From contig CADCWF010000148.1 of NCBI GenBank assembly GCA_902806345.1, positions 6,724 through 70,723 on the forward strand: a DNA stretch of 64,000 nucleotides, read 5' to 3'. Shown here piece after piece: positions 10,115-18,769 of this stretch. This stretch comes from an uncultured Thermomicrobiales bacterium. Its GTDB lineage: Bacteria > Chloroflexota > Chloroflexia > Thermomicrobiales > UBA6265. The notes below the pieces were generated by a model that saw only the letters and a program-made list of their open reading frames with translations, ran no database searches and was not told the origin of the DNA. Made by a program: the position numbers and the translations under genes. Numbering within the stretch: the stretch's first letter is position 1; each line of letters opens with the position of its first letter.

Positions 10115-11431
10115 ATGCTCGTCCGCCCACTGCTCGCGGTGCTCTTGATATTGCTTCTGCCGCTTGCCGGGACCGGCCGCCAAATGGTCACGGCGCAAGC
10201 CACCCCGGTCGCTACCGGCTGTGCGATCGACCTGCCGACGCATCGGGCGGTCGAGATCACCGAAGAAGCGCGCGCCCTCGTCGAGGGGATGACGACCGAG
10301 CAGAAGGTCGGCCAGATCATGATGGCCGGGGTCCAGGGCGTGGCCCTCGGCGACGACGAGGCCGCGCTCGTCCGAGACGGACACCTCGGCAACGCCATCC
10401 TGATGGGTCGCAACGTCGACGACCCGGCCCAGGTGCTGGCGCTCACCCAGGCCCTCCAGATCGAGGCCGAAGCGGCAAACGGGGTCGGGATGTTGATCGC
10501 CACCGACCAGGAGGGCGGGCTCGTCCAGCGCCTCAACTCGGTCAGCGGGTTCACGCCCTTGCCGGACGCCGCGACCGCAGGTCTCGCCGACTGCCCGGCG
10601 ACCCTCCTTGCCTACGGTCGGATGATGGGCGAGGAGATGGCGGCCGTCGGCGTCAACATGGCGATGGCCCCGGTGCTCGACACGAACCTCAACCCCGACA
10701 ACCCGGTCATCGGTCAGCTCGGCCGGGCCTGGGGGCGGACGCCGGACGAAGTGATCGCCGACACGCTGCCCGTCGTCGCCGGACTGCAAGAGGGAGGCGT
10801 GCTGGCGGTCGGCAAACACTTTCCCGGGCACGGCTCGACCACGACCGACTCCCACCAGGAGCTACCGGTCGTCGACAAGAGCCGAGCCGACCTCCTGGCT
10901 GAGGACGTCGTCCCCTTCGCCGCCGCCGTCGAGGCAGGGATCGACGCGATCATGCCGGCCCACGTCCTCTACCCCGCGCTCGATGCGGAGGACCGGCCGG
11001 CGACCGTCTCGCCCGCGATCCTGACCGGGCTGCTGCGCGATGACTTGGGCTTCGGCGGGCTGATCGCGACCGACGACATGGGGATGAAGGGGATCACCAG
11101 CCGCTACCCAGCCGAAGAAGCCGGCGTGGCGGCGGTCCTCGCGGGCGCCGACCTCGTCCTCTGCGTCCGGATGACGCTGGAGACGACCTGCACCCCTGCC
11201 ATGTTCGAGCAGCTCCGCCGGGGGCTCCTCGACGCCGTCGCCGACGGCCGCATCCCGGAGGAACGGCTCGACGCTTCTGCCGAACGGGTCGTCGCCGCCA
11301 AGCTCGCGCACCCCGTCGGTCCGGCCGCCGACGACGGGCTGCCGGCCGTCAAGGGCGCCGCCCACCTCCGTGTGCTCGCCGCTCTCTACGACGCCGTCGC
11401 CGACCACCAAGCCGCGAACAACAAGCCGTAG
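10115..11431 (+). CDS. secreted glycoside hydrolase family 3 (beta-N-acetylhexosaminidase-like)
   Basis: ATG 10115 gives the signal peptide MLVRPLLAVLLILLLPLAG. GH3 motifs KVGQIMMAG, IATDQEGG, KHFPGHG. Confidence 0.85.
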   Translation: MLVRPLLAVLLILLLPLAGTGRQMVTAQATPVATGCAIDLPTHRAVEITEEARALVEGMTTEQKVGQIMMAGVQGVALGDDEAALVRDGHLGNAILMGRNVDDPAQVLALTQALQIEAEAANGVGMLIATDQEGGLVQRLNSVSGFTPLPDAATAGLADCPATLLAYGRMMGEEMAAVGVNMAMAPVLDTNLNPDNPVIGQLGRAWGRTPDEVIADTLPVVAGLQEGGVLAVGKHFPGHGSTTTDSHQELPVVDKSRADLLAEDVVPFAAAVEAGIDAIMPAHVLYPALDAEDRPATVSPAILTGLLRDDLGFGGLIATDDMGMKGITSRYPAEEAGVAAVLAGADLVLCVRMTLETTCTPAMFEQLRRGLLDAVADGRIPEERLDASAERVVAAKLAHPVGPAADDGLPAVKGAAHLRVLAALYDAVADHQAANNKP

Positions 11432-11472
11432 TCTGACGGAGCGACCGCGAAGCAGCGCGGAGGAGCCCAAGC

Positions 11473-12750
11473 GTGGCCGATATTCTTCCTGTCGTGACCC
11501 CGGCGATCGAGCGACTCTGGGCGGAGATTGACCGCCGCGGGGACGAGTTGGTCCAGACCGTCGCCGAACTGGTCCGCTTCCCGAGCGTGCTCGGCGACGA
11601 GGCGGCGGCCCAGGCGTACGTCGCGGACCACCTCCGCGACTCGGGTCTCGAGACGGAGGTCTGGGATCTCGACGAGTCGCTCAAGGAGCTGCCCAACGCG
11701 GGCGATAGCGGTGTCCTGTTCGCGGGCCGACCGAACGTCGCCGGCACGCTACGCGGCGCCGGGAGTGGGCAGTCGCTGATCCTCAACGGCCACATCGACG
11801 TCGTCAGCCCGGAGCCGGTCGCCGCCTGGACCGTTGACCCTTGGGGCGGGGAGATCGTCGGCGACCGGCTCTACGGCCGCGGTGCCTACGACATGAAGAG
11901 CGGCGACGCGTTGAACATGCTGCTGCCGCGGTTCCTGCGCGACGCCGGCATCGGGCTCCGCGGAGACGTGGTTGTCCAGAGCGTGATCGAGGAGGAGTGC
12001 ACCGGCAACGGCGCCCTGGACGCCAGTCTCCGCTACCCGGCTGACGCGGCGCTCGTGACCGAGCCGACGGGCGGCAACTTCACGCGTGCCCACGTCGGGG
12101 TGCTCTGGTTTCGGGTCGCCCTCGCCGGGGTCTCATGGCACGCGATGCAGGCCTGGAAGGGTGTCAACGCGATCTCGAAGGCGGTCCCTATCATCCAGGC
12201 GCTGGAAGCGCTCGACGCCCGGCTGAATGCGCAGCCGGTCCACCCGGCGTTCGCCGGCATCGAGCACCCGATTAACCTCAACATCGGCGTCATCCGCGGC
12301 GGCGACTGGCCGAGCACCGTTCCCGGCGCCTGCGAGCTCCACTGCCGGCTCAGCCTCTATCCCGGCCAAACGGTGGCCGAGACGAGGACCGAGATCGAGC
12401 GGTCGATCGCGGAGGCGGCCGCGGCCGATCCCTGGCTGCGCGACCACCCGCCGGTCGTCACCTACGACGGCTTCGGCAGCGCCGGCTCCGAGGTATCGAT
12501 GGACGAGCCGGCGGTAACGCTCCTCTCGGCTTGGCACCAGAGTGTCTTCGGCGCCCCGATGCGTCCGGTCTCCGGCACCGGCATCAACGACATGCGCTAC
12601 TTCAACTTCCGCGGCATCCCGTCTGGCTGCTACGGCGCCGGCGGCGCCAACGCCCACGCTGCCGACGAGTGGCTCGACATTCCTTCGATGGTCCCGGCCG
12701 CGAAGGTGCTCGGAGCGTTCATGCTCGACTGGTGCGGAGTGGGCGAATAG
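11473..12750 (+). CDS. M20 family metallopeptidase (ArgE/DapE/ACY1-type)
   Basis: 425-aa ORF. LILNGHIDVV, GRGAYDMKSG and EEECTGNG are metal-binding motifs. Confidence 0.85.
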   Translation: MADILPVVTPAIERLWAEIDRRGDELVQTVAELVRFPSVLGDEAAAQAYVADHLRDSGLETEVWDLDESLKELPNAGDSGVLFAGRPNVAGTLRGAGSGQSLILNGHIDVVSPEPVAAWTVDPWGGEIVGDRLYGRGAYDMKSGDALNMLLPRFLRDAGIGLRGDVVVQSVIEEECTGNGALDASLRYPADAALVTEPTGGNFTRAHVGVLWFRVALAGVSWHAMQAWKGVNAISKAVPIIQALEALDARLNAQPVHPAFAGIEHPINLNIGVIRGGDWPSTVPGACELHCRLSLYPGQTVAETRTEIERSIAEAAAADPWLRDHPPVVTYDGFGSAGSEVSMDEPAVTLLSAWHQSVFGAPMRPVSGTGINDMRYFNFRGIPSGCYGAGGANAHAADEWLDIPSMVPAAKVLGAFMLDWCGVGE

Positions 12751-12957
12751 GACAGCGGCGCCCCCCTCGTCGGCCGGACCGGACGCGGACGCCTCCTCGC
12801 GGGCTCCTGCACGAATGACGGACGAGAGCGATGGGGCGGGTGATTCTTCGCCGTCGCTACGGATGACGGAGGACGGGCGCGACATCCCCCCGCGGTTCCG
12901 GGCCGGTTGGCTTCCTAACTCCGCCACCGGCGACACGCCAAGGGGGGACCAGGGGGC

Positions 12958-14097
12958 TTACTCCCAGCCCACGATCAGGTCGTCGAGCGGGAGCCGGGGG
13001 CGCCGCACCGGGTCTTTGGCCGCAAAGCCGACAGCGATCAGGGCGTGCGGGTCGAGGGCCTCGGCGAGGCCGAGCGAGCGCCGCACGACGTCCGGGCAAA
13101 AGAGCGGCGCGCACATCCACCCGGCGTCGAGGCCGGAGGCGTAGAGGCTCAGCAGCAGATTCTGGACAGCTGCGCCCAGGCTCTGGATTGCCATCGTCCG
13201 CTCGGCCTCCTGCCGGGCCAGGTCGGGGTAGACATCCAGATCCTCCAGGTAGAGGCAAGGCACGATCAGCAACGGCGCCGTGGTCAAGCGCTCCCGGCTG
13301 CGCCCCAGGCGGTGGGCCACCGTCGCCGCGTCCTGCCCGTCGAGGTCGAGCTGCTCCCGCCAGGTGGCCGCCATCGCTTCGGCGAGGGAGGCACGGCGGT
13401 CGGCCGTTTCGACCACCGCAAAGCGCCACGGCTGGCGGCCGTGGGGCGACGGCGCCCACCCCGCCGCAGCGATCGCCGCCTCGACCAGCGGACGCGGCAC
13501 CGGGCGCGGGTCGAAGGCGCGGACCGAGCGACGGCCGGCGATCGTCGCCTCGAGCTCCTCCACCCCTGGCCGTGGCAACGGGTGCTCACCTCCGTCCGAG
13601 CGTGCGCCGGAGCCGGACCAGGAGGAGGCGCGGAGGTCGCCGATGGCGACGACCGGCCGCTCCTCGATCGGCATCGCCCGGTACTGGGCGTACTTTTCCC
13701 GCAGGGCGGCGACCGCGTCGGTGTGCCCGGACTCCCCCGGCTCGATCAGCCGCGCCGCTCCGCGGACCCGAACCCACGACAGCCCGGCCCACTCCTCGAC
13801 GTAGTCGTCGACGAGGAGGGTCACCGTCGGGTTGCGCTCGATGTTGCGGACTCGCGCCAGCTCCCGGCCGTCGACCCGCTTCGGCTTGTCGTCGAGGGCC
13901 GAGACGATAACCGGTTCGCCCGCGAGGTCGATCCGCGTGAAGCAGATCGGCACCACCGACGGCGCTCCCTGGCCGTCGACCGTGGCGAGGCGTCCGACAC
14001 GGTGGCCATCCAGGTAGGCCAACTCCGCCGCAGACGGTGACTGCCCGCCACCCTGCCCGGACGCTGTCGCCGTCGACGGCGCAATCTCGGCGACCAC
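12958..14097 (-). CDS. fusion protein: PPOX-class (F420-dependent-type) split-barrel domain + FbiB C-terminal-like nitroreductase domain
   Basis: N-terminal part: GRLATVDGQGAPSVVPICF...NIERNPTVTLLVD...LSWVRVRG. C-terminal part: RRSVRAF, PSPHGRQPWRF, YPD..R.EAERTMAIQSLGAAVQNLLL. The GTG start directly abuts the TAG stop of the upstream SBP gene (GGGGGAAGGTTAGGTG). Confidence 0.85.
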   Translation of the reverse strand: MVAEIAPSTATASGQGGGQSPSAAELAYLDGHRVGRLATVDGQGAPSVVPICFTRIDLAGEPVIVSALDDKPKRVDGRELARVRNIERNPTVTLLVDDYVEEWAGLSWVRVRGAARLIEPGESGHTDAVAALREKYAQYRAMPIEERPVVAIGDLRASSWSGSGARSDGGEHPLPRPGVEELEATIAGRRSVRAFDPRPVPRPLVEAAIAAAGWAPSPHGRQPWRFAVVETADRRASLAEAMAATWREQLDLDGQDAATVAHRLGRSRERLTTAPLLIVPCLYLEDLDVYPDLARQEAERTMAIQSLGAAVQNLLLSLYASGLDAGWMCAPLFCPDVVRRSLGLAEALDPHALIAVGFAAKDPVRRPRLPLDDLIVGWE

Positions 14098-15699
14098 CTA
14101 ACCTTCCCCCGCCACGGTCGGGATCAGGTAATCGTCGGCCCGCGGCGTCCAGGCCGGAACCTCCGAGCCGACCCCGTAGAGCCCCGTCAGGTTGTAGAGG
14201 TAGATCGCCGCAGGCTCGTCTCGGAGGCGCCGGCCTAGATCACGGTAGAGCTTCTCGCGGATGGACGGGTCTGGCTCGACCGCGGCGGCTTCGAGGGTCT
14301 TCTGGATGCCGACGTTGTCGTGACGAGAGAGGAACCCGGTGCTGGAGATGACCAGGCTCAGGAGGGTGTACGGGTCGAACAGCGGTCGCCACGTCGCGAA
14401 GCGGAGGGGGGCCGCGTCGAGGTCGGTCCAGGTCGCGTTGAAGGTGGCGGTCTCGACCGGCCGCACCTCGGCCCGGATGCCGACCGCCTCGAGCTGTCCG
14501 GCGATGGCGAGGACGATCTCCTCGCGCTCGGACGCGGCGTACTCGATCGCGGTCTCGAACCCCTTGCCGTACCCGGCCTCGGTCAACAGCGCCCGTGCCT
14601 GCTCCGGGTCGTAGGCGTAGGGCTTCAGCCCAGGATCCCAGCCGAGTCCGCCCTCGACGAAGAAGTTGGGCAGCCGGGCGCCGTTGCCGGCTAGAAGCGC
14701 CGCCACGATCGCGTCGACGTCGACCGCGAAGTTGAGCGCCTGCCGGACCCGGACGTCGTCGAACGGGGCCACGTCGGTCGGGACCCGGACCCAGGCGGCA
14801 CCGGAGAGCGGCTGGGCAACGAGGACCGCATCCTCCTCGACCGCGTCGATCTGATCGACCGGCACGCCGCGGATCAGGCCAGAGGTGCCGGAGAGCAGGT
14901 CGGAGACGCGGGTGGTCGCGTCGGGCACCGGCCGGATTCGGATCACGTCGGCGATGGCGTTGCCCTTCGGACTGTCCCCGAATACGTCCGGGTTGGCCTC
15001 CAGCCGGATCTCCCGTCCGCGGTCCCAGGCGACGAAACGGTACGGCCCCGTGCCGACCGGCTCCGCGGCGAAGTCGTTGGAGGGGTCGGCGGCGTAGTCC
15101 GGGGGCAGCATCGCCAGCCAGCCCGCCATCTGGGCCGGCAGCCAAGGCGCCGGCGCGGCCAGGCGGAACCGGACCAGCAGCGGCTCGACCTCTTCGACCT
15201 CCTCGATGACCGCGAAATTGGCCGCCACCTGCGACCCCGTCGCCGGGTCCTGGATGTGGGCGACGGAGAAGGCGACGGAGGCGGCGTCGAACGGCTCCCC
15301 GTTGTGGAAGACGACGCCCGGGCGGAGGCGCGCCTCCCAGGTGAGGGGGTCGGTCTGCTCCAGCGATTCGGCGAGCAGCGGCTGCAGCTCGCCGTCCGGC
15401 CCGTACTGGACAAGCGCGTCGTAGACGGAGTGGACGACCGACCACGAGTCGGCGTCGTAGACCACGGCCGGGTCGAGCGTCGCGGGCTCGGTCGCCAAGT
15501 CGATCGTCAACTCGGGGATCCGGTCGCCTGCCTGCCAGCGACCCGTTCGCCAACCCGGCGAGATCGGTTCGACAAGGCCGGCAGTGGCGAGCGCCGGGAA
15601 CGGGGCGGCACCGACGGAGCCCGCCGCCAACAAGACGCCGCCGGTCGCCTTCAACAGGTCTCGTCGAGCGAGCGAGATCGAAGTCCGAGTGCGAACCAT
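14098..15699 (-). CDS. ABC transporter substrate-binding protein, family 5 (peptide/nickel/opine type) with Tat signal
   Basis: Start ATG 15699 after GGAAGGAG. Signal MVRTRTSISLARRDLLKATGGVLLAAG. Body typical of DppA/OppA-like SBPs. Confidence 0.85.
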   Translation of the reverse strand: MVRTRTSISLARRDLLKATGGVLLAAGSVGAAPFPALATAGLVEPISPGWRTGRWQAGDRIPELTIDLATEPATLDPAVVYDADSWSVVHSVYDALVQYGPDGELQPLLAESLEQTDPLTWEARLRPGVVFHNGEPFDAASVAFSVAHIQDPATGSQVAANFAVIEEVEEVEPLLVRFRLAAPAPWLPAQMAGWLAMLPPDYAADPSNDFAAEPVGTGPYRFVAWDRGREIRLEANPDVFGDSPKGNAIADVIRIRPVPDATTRVSDLLSGTSGLIRGVPVDQIDAVEEDAVLVAQPLSGAAWVRVPTDVAPFDDVRVRQALNFAVDVDAIVAALLAGNGARLPNFFVEGGLGWDPGLKPYAYDPEQARALLTEAGYGKGFETAIEYAASEREEIVLAIAGQLEAVGIRAEVRPVETATFNATWTDLDAAPLRFATWRPLFDPYTLLSLVISSTGFLSRHDNVGIQKTLEAAAVEPDPSIREKLYRDLGRRLRDEPAAIYLYNLTGLYGVGSEVPAWTPRADDYLIPTVAGEG

Positions 15700-15755
15700 C
15701 GTTGCTCCTTCCATGCGTGGATCCGGAGGTTTGTCGTCCGTCGATCCGATCATCG

Positions 15756-17102
15756 TCAGCGCTCCGCCGCCGCGTCCCCGAGGAGATTCAGACCGAGGAC
15801 CGTCAGCGCCACGGCGGCGCCCGGCACGGCCGACACCCACGGCGCCTTGAGCAGCGCCTCTTGCCCTTCCGCCGCCATCCCGCCCCACGTCACCGCCGTC
15901 CCCCCGAGGCCGAGGCCGAGGTAGCTCAGCGACGCTTCGTAGAGGATCATCGCCGAGACCTGCTGCGTCGCCAGGATGGCGACGGTGCCGAGCAGATGGG
16001 GGGCGACGTGGCGCAGCACGAGGCGAGGGGCTCCCACGCCCAGCGCGACCGCTGCCTCAACCCATGCCGCCCGAGCGATCGCCCGCGTCTGGAGCCGCAC
16101 CACCCTCGCATAGCCGACCCACCCGGTCAGGACCAGCGTCAGCAGCACCGGCACCAAGCCGAAGCCGAGCGCGGCGGTCGCGGCGATCGCGACGACGACG
16201 AACGGCAGCGCCGCCTGGACATCGGTCAGCCAGCCGAGCGCACGGTCGGCGGGACCACCGGACCACCCGGCGACGGCGCCGAGGGTCACGCCGATCGCCC
16301 CCGCCCCGGCCGTGGCAGCTAGCCCGACCAGGAGCGAGACCCGCGCCCCGGCGACCAGCCGGGCGAGCAGATCGCGGCCGAGAGCGTCGGTACCGAGCGG
16401 GTGGGCAACGGTGCCGCCGAACCCGAGCGGCGGGGCCAAGCGGCCGAGCAGGTCTTGCCGGTTCGGGTCGGTCCCGACCAGCCCTGGACCGAAAATCGCG
16501 GCGACCACGAGGACCAGGGCGATGGTCCCTCCGACCACCACGGCAACGCTGGGCCGCGCCCGATGGCGGGAATTCGCCCGGGGACGAATCGCTCGCGTTG
16601 CGCCTCGGATCGATCCGTCCTCGACCCGCCCCTCTTCCTCCAGACCCGATCGCCTGCGGCCGGCCTGCTGGCCAGGACCGGCAGCCGCGCTTTCGAACGC
16701 GACCGCTGCTGGCCGGGATGAAGCCGCGATTGTCCCCGACTCCGAGGGGATCAAATGGCTCGAAGCTGATGGCCGGGGTTGGGGCGACGATGCTTGTCCG
16801 CTGCTCAGGCAGGACTTCGCCCGAGGCTGATCGGAGGCCTGGAGGGCCTTCGTCACCCCCGCATAGAACGCCAGCCCCGGTCCGTCGCCGAGCACCGAAG
16901 TTCGCCCCAACTGGGGTAACTGCTCCCGACCATCGTCCGGTACGGGCCAGGTGGCCGCCTGCCGAACAGCCTGGGAACGGGTTCCGAGCGAAGCGCGGTG
17001 ACCGGCGTCCTTCGCCGCGGCCACCGTGACCGCTCGGCTCGGCAACTGGACGGAGGCACCGTTGACCGACCGTCCCGGAGACCCCGAACATTTGACGATC
17101 AC
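15756..17102 (-). CDS. ABC transporter permease, DppC/OppC-like (start uncertain)
   Basis: The conserved permease core starts near 16600 (HPLGTDALGRDLLARL; EAA-loop region EAAVALGVGAPR). No ATG/GTG lies just upstream of the core. The only well-placed start is GTG 17102, which overlaps the dppB-like stop (GTGA) after GGAGGG. That start adds about 150 low-complexity residues. Confidence 0.7.
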   Translation of the reverse strand: MIVKCSGSPGRSVNGASVQLPSRAVTVAAAKDAGHRASLGTRSQAVRQAATWPVPDDGREQLPQLGRTSVLGDGPGLAFYAGVTKALQASDQPRAKSCLSSGQASSPQPRPSASSHLIPSESGTIAASSRPAAVAFESAAAGPGQQAGRRRSGLEEEGRVEDGSIRGATRAIRPRANSRHRARPSVAVVVGGTIALVLVVAAIFGPGLVGTDPNRQDLLGRLAPPLGFGGTVAHPLGTDALGRDLLARLVAGARVSLLVGLAATAGAGAIGVTLGAVAGWSGGPADRALGWLTDVQAALPFVVVAIAATAALGFGLVPVLLTLVLTGWVGYARVVRLQTRAIARAAWVEAAVALGVGAPRLVLRHVAPHLLGTVAILATQQVSAMILYEASLSYLGLGLGGTAVTWGGMAAEGQEALLKAPWVSAVPGAAVALTVLGLNLLGDAAAER

Positions 17103-18049
17103 GATGGCCCTCCGATCCCCGGGTCGAGCCGGAGCCGGGGGTCGAGCGAGCGGGCCGCCAGATCGACCAGCAGGTTGATCCCCACCAGGAGCGTCGCGAC
17201 GACGGCGACGAACGCCTGGACCACGGGTAAGTCGCGATCGGCGACCGCGTTCAGCGCCAGCAGACCCAACCCGGGGTAGGCGAAGACGGCCTCGACGACC
17301 GCCGCCCCGCCGAGCAGGAACCCCGCCTGGAACCCGGCGAACGCCAGCGTCGGCTGCAGCGCGTTCCCGAGCACGTGGCGGCGGAGCAGGGCAAACTCGG
17401 CAAGCCCCTTGCCGCGCGCGGTGCGGACATAGTCGGCTGCCAGCACCTGCCGGGTCGAGGCGCGGACCAGGCGGGCCACCGTCGCCAGTGGGAATGCCGC
17501 AAGGGTGATGGCCGGGAGCATCACGGAGGCGGGACCGTCGAAACCGGAGGCGGGCAGCCAGTGGAGCCGCACCGCGAAGAGCAGGATCAACATCGTGCCG
17601 AGCCAGAAGGCCGGCAGAGCCTGTCCGCCGAGCGCGACGAGGCGCGTCCCGTGGTCCAGCCAGCCGCCCACGTTCGCCCCGGCGCCAAGGCCGAGCAGGA
17701 TGCCACCCCCGACTGAGAGGAGACTCGCCGAGCCGACCAGCGCCAGCGTCGCCGGCAGTCGCTCCAGCGTGGCCGCTAGCGCCGGCCGCCCCTGCCGCCA
17801 CGACTCCCCGAACTCGCCGCGGGCGGCGTCGGCCAGGAAGGCGGCGTACTGCTCGGGCAGCGGCCGGTCGAGCCCGTACGCCTGCCGCAGCGCCGCCACA
17901 TCGGCCGGAGCGCTGCCGGGTGGGACGAGACCGGAAAGCGGGTCGCCGACGACGCGGAGGAGGACGAACACGACCGTGGCCACGCCGAGCAGGGTCGACG
18001 CCGCGAGGGCGCCCCGCCCGATCAGCCAGTGGACCATGCCCGCGCCCAT
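17099..18049 (-). CDS. ABC transporter permease, DppB/OppB-like
   Basis: N-terminus MGAGMVHWLIGRGALAASTLLGVATVVFVLLRVVGDP is typical of DppB. The ORF is open to GTG 18118; alternative starts are 18037 and 18049. Confidence 0.85.
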   Translation of the reverse strand: MGAGMVHWLIGRGALAASTLLGVATVVFVLLRVVGDPLSGLVPPGSAPADVAALRQAYGLDRPLPEQYAAFLADAARGEFGESWRQGRPALAATLERLPATLALVGSASLLSVGGGILLGLGAGANVGGWLDHGTRLVALGGQALPAFWLGTMLILLFAVRLHWLPASGFDGPASVMLPAITLAAFPLATVARLVRASTRQVLAADYVRTARGKGLAEFALLRRHVLGNALQPTLAFAGFQAGFLLGGAAVVEAVFAYPGLGLLALNAVADRDLPVVQAFVAVVATLLVGINLLVDLAARSLDPRLRLDPGIGGPS

Positions 18050-18147
18050 ACCACGCCCCCGTCTACGCCGAGTCCGGTGCGCAACCGTTCGACGCCCGGT
18101 GCATCGACGCCCGGTCACCGCAACCGTCGGCTACCTCCCCGCGGCAC

Positions 18148-18179
18148 AAAAAAAACCCGGGGCACTCGGCCCTCGGGTC
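18148..18179 (-). terminator. intrinsic terminator (riboswitch expression platform)
   Basis: Minus strand ACCCGAGGGC-CGAGU-GCCCCGGGU forms 9 bp with 1 bulge and is followed by U8. It lies between the aptamer and the first permease gene. Confidence 0.7.
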
Positions 18180-18230
18180 TGGCGGCGGTTTCGGGAAGCA
18201 CGGCTACGCCGACGGCTACCGCCGCGGCGC

Positions 18231-18371
18231 GCCTTCTCCCATCCGGACTCTACCGTCGGCTCCGGAATCCCACCGGATCGTGCTCGCGCGACGTCGCGCG
18301 CTCGCTCGCGGGCTCTACCGCCGGTCAGGACTTGGCCGACTGGAACGCCGACCTCACCTCACCCCGAAGGC
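18231..18371 (-). promoter_or_regulatory. FMN riboswitch (RFN element) aptamer
   Basis: Minus strand GCCUUCGGGGUGAGGUGA[hairpin insert]AAGUCCUGACCGGCGGUAGAGCCCGCGAGC...GAUCCGGUGGGAUUCCGGAGCCGACGGUAGAGUCCGGAUGGGAGAAGGC. This matches the conserved RFN blocks as recalled from the B. subtilis ribD leader. P1 is GCCUUC/GAAGGC. Confidence 0.85.
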
Positions 18372-18382
18372 TCTGCTTACCA

Positions 18383-18411
18383 AGCATAAGCGCGGAGAGC
18401 GAGACCGTCAA
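18383..18411 (-). promoter_or_regulatory. sigma-70-type promoter for the riboswitch leader
   Basis: Minus strand TTGACG (18411-18406), 17-nt spacer, TATGCT (18388-18383), about 12 nt upstream of the aptamer P1. Confidence 0.55.
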
Positions 18412-18769
18412 ACGGCGCGTTCCGCCGATTCTAAGGGAGCAATTCCCAGCCGCGTTATGGATGCGCCGCGGGTGGTGATTGGGGTGAGGCGCAGCCAGGC
18501 ATGTTCGCCGACACGGACGCGGTCGTCGTTCCAATTGCCGTACTCCCGAAGGGACTTGCCGCGCCCACCGCACCTCGGGGTTGGAACGCACCACGGGCGT
18601 CCCCGGCCCGTCCCGCTGTCGATTGTCATCCCGGGGAGATGACCACGGCTGCGCCCCCTGCCCGTGCTCCAAGGAGACGGGCAAGGGACGAGATCTCGAG
18701 CGTGGCGGCGGCGTCTGCGATGTCCGTAACGGCTCCCCCGCGCCCGAGCGTTCGGAATCGACGAACGCC

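Noticed and set aside
15756-17801. A 681-aa ORF that looks like a single giant permease gene.
   Set aside because: Its upstream third is out-of-frame overlap with the DppB-like gene (17099-18049), which has its own conserved frame. Only the part from 17102 or below can belong to the DppC-like gene.
18231-18371. My first impression was that the leader was a cobalamin (B12) riboswitch, or RNase P-like because of AGUCCGGAUG.
   Set aside because: The block order CUUCGGGG / CCGGCGGUAGAGCCCGCGAGC / GGUG.GAUUCCGGAGCCGACGGUAGAGUCCGGAUGGGAGAAGG is the RFN (FMN) pattern. No B12-box and no RNase P CR-I/CR-V motifs are present.
18408-18629. A 73-aa minus-strand ORF (MTIDSGTGRG...EYGNWNDDRVRVGEHAWLRL...) between the Cys-rich gene and the riboswitch promoter.
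   Set aside because: It has no RBS, its end runs into the -35 box, and no family was recognised. It may be a gene fragment, but there is not enough support to call it.
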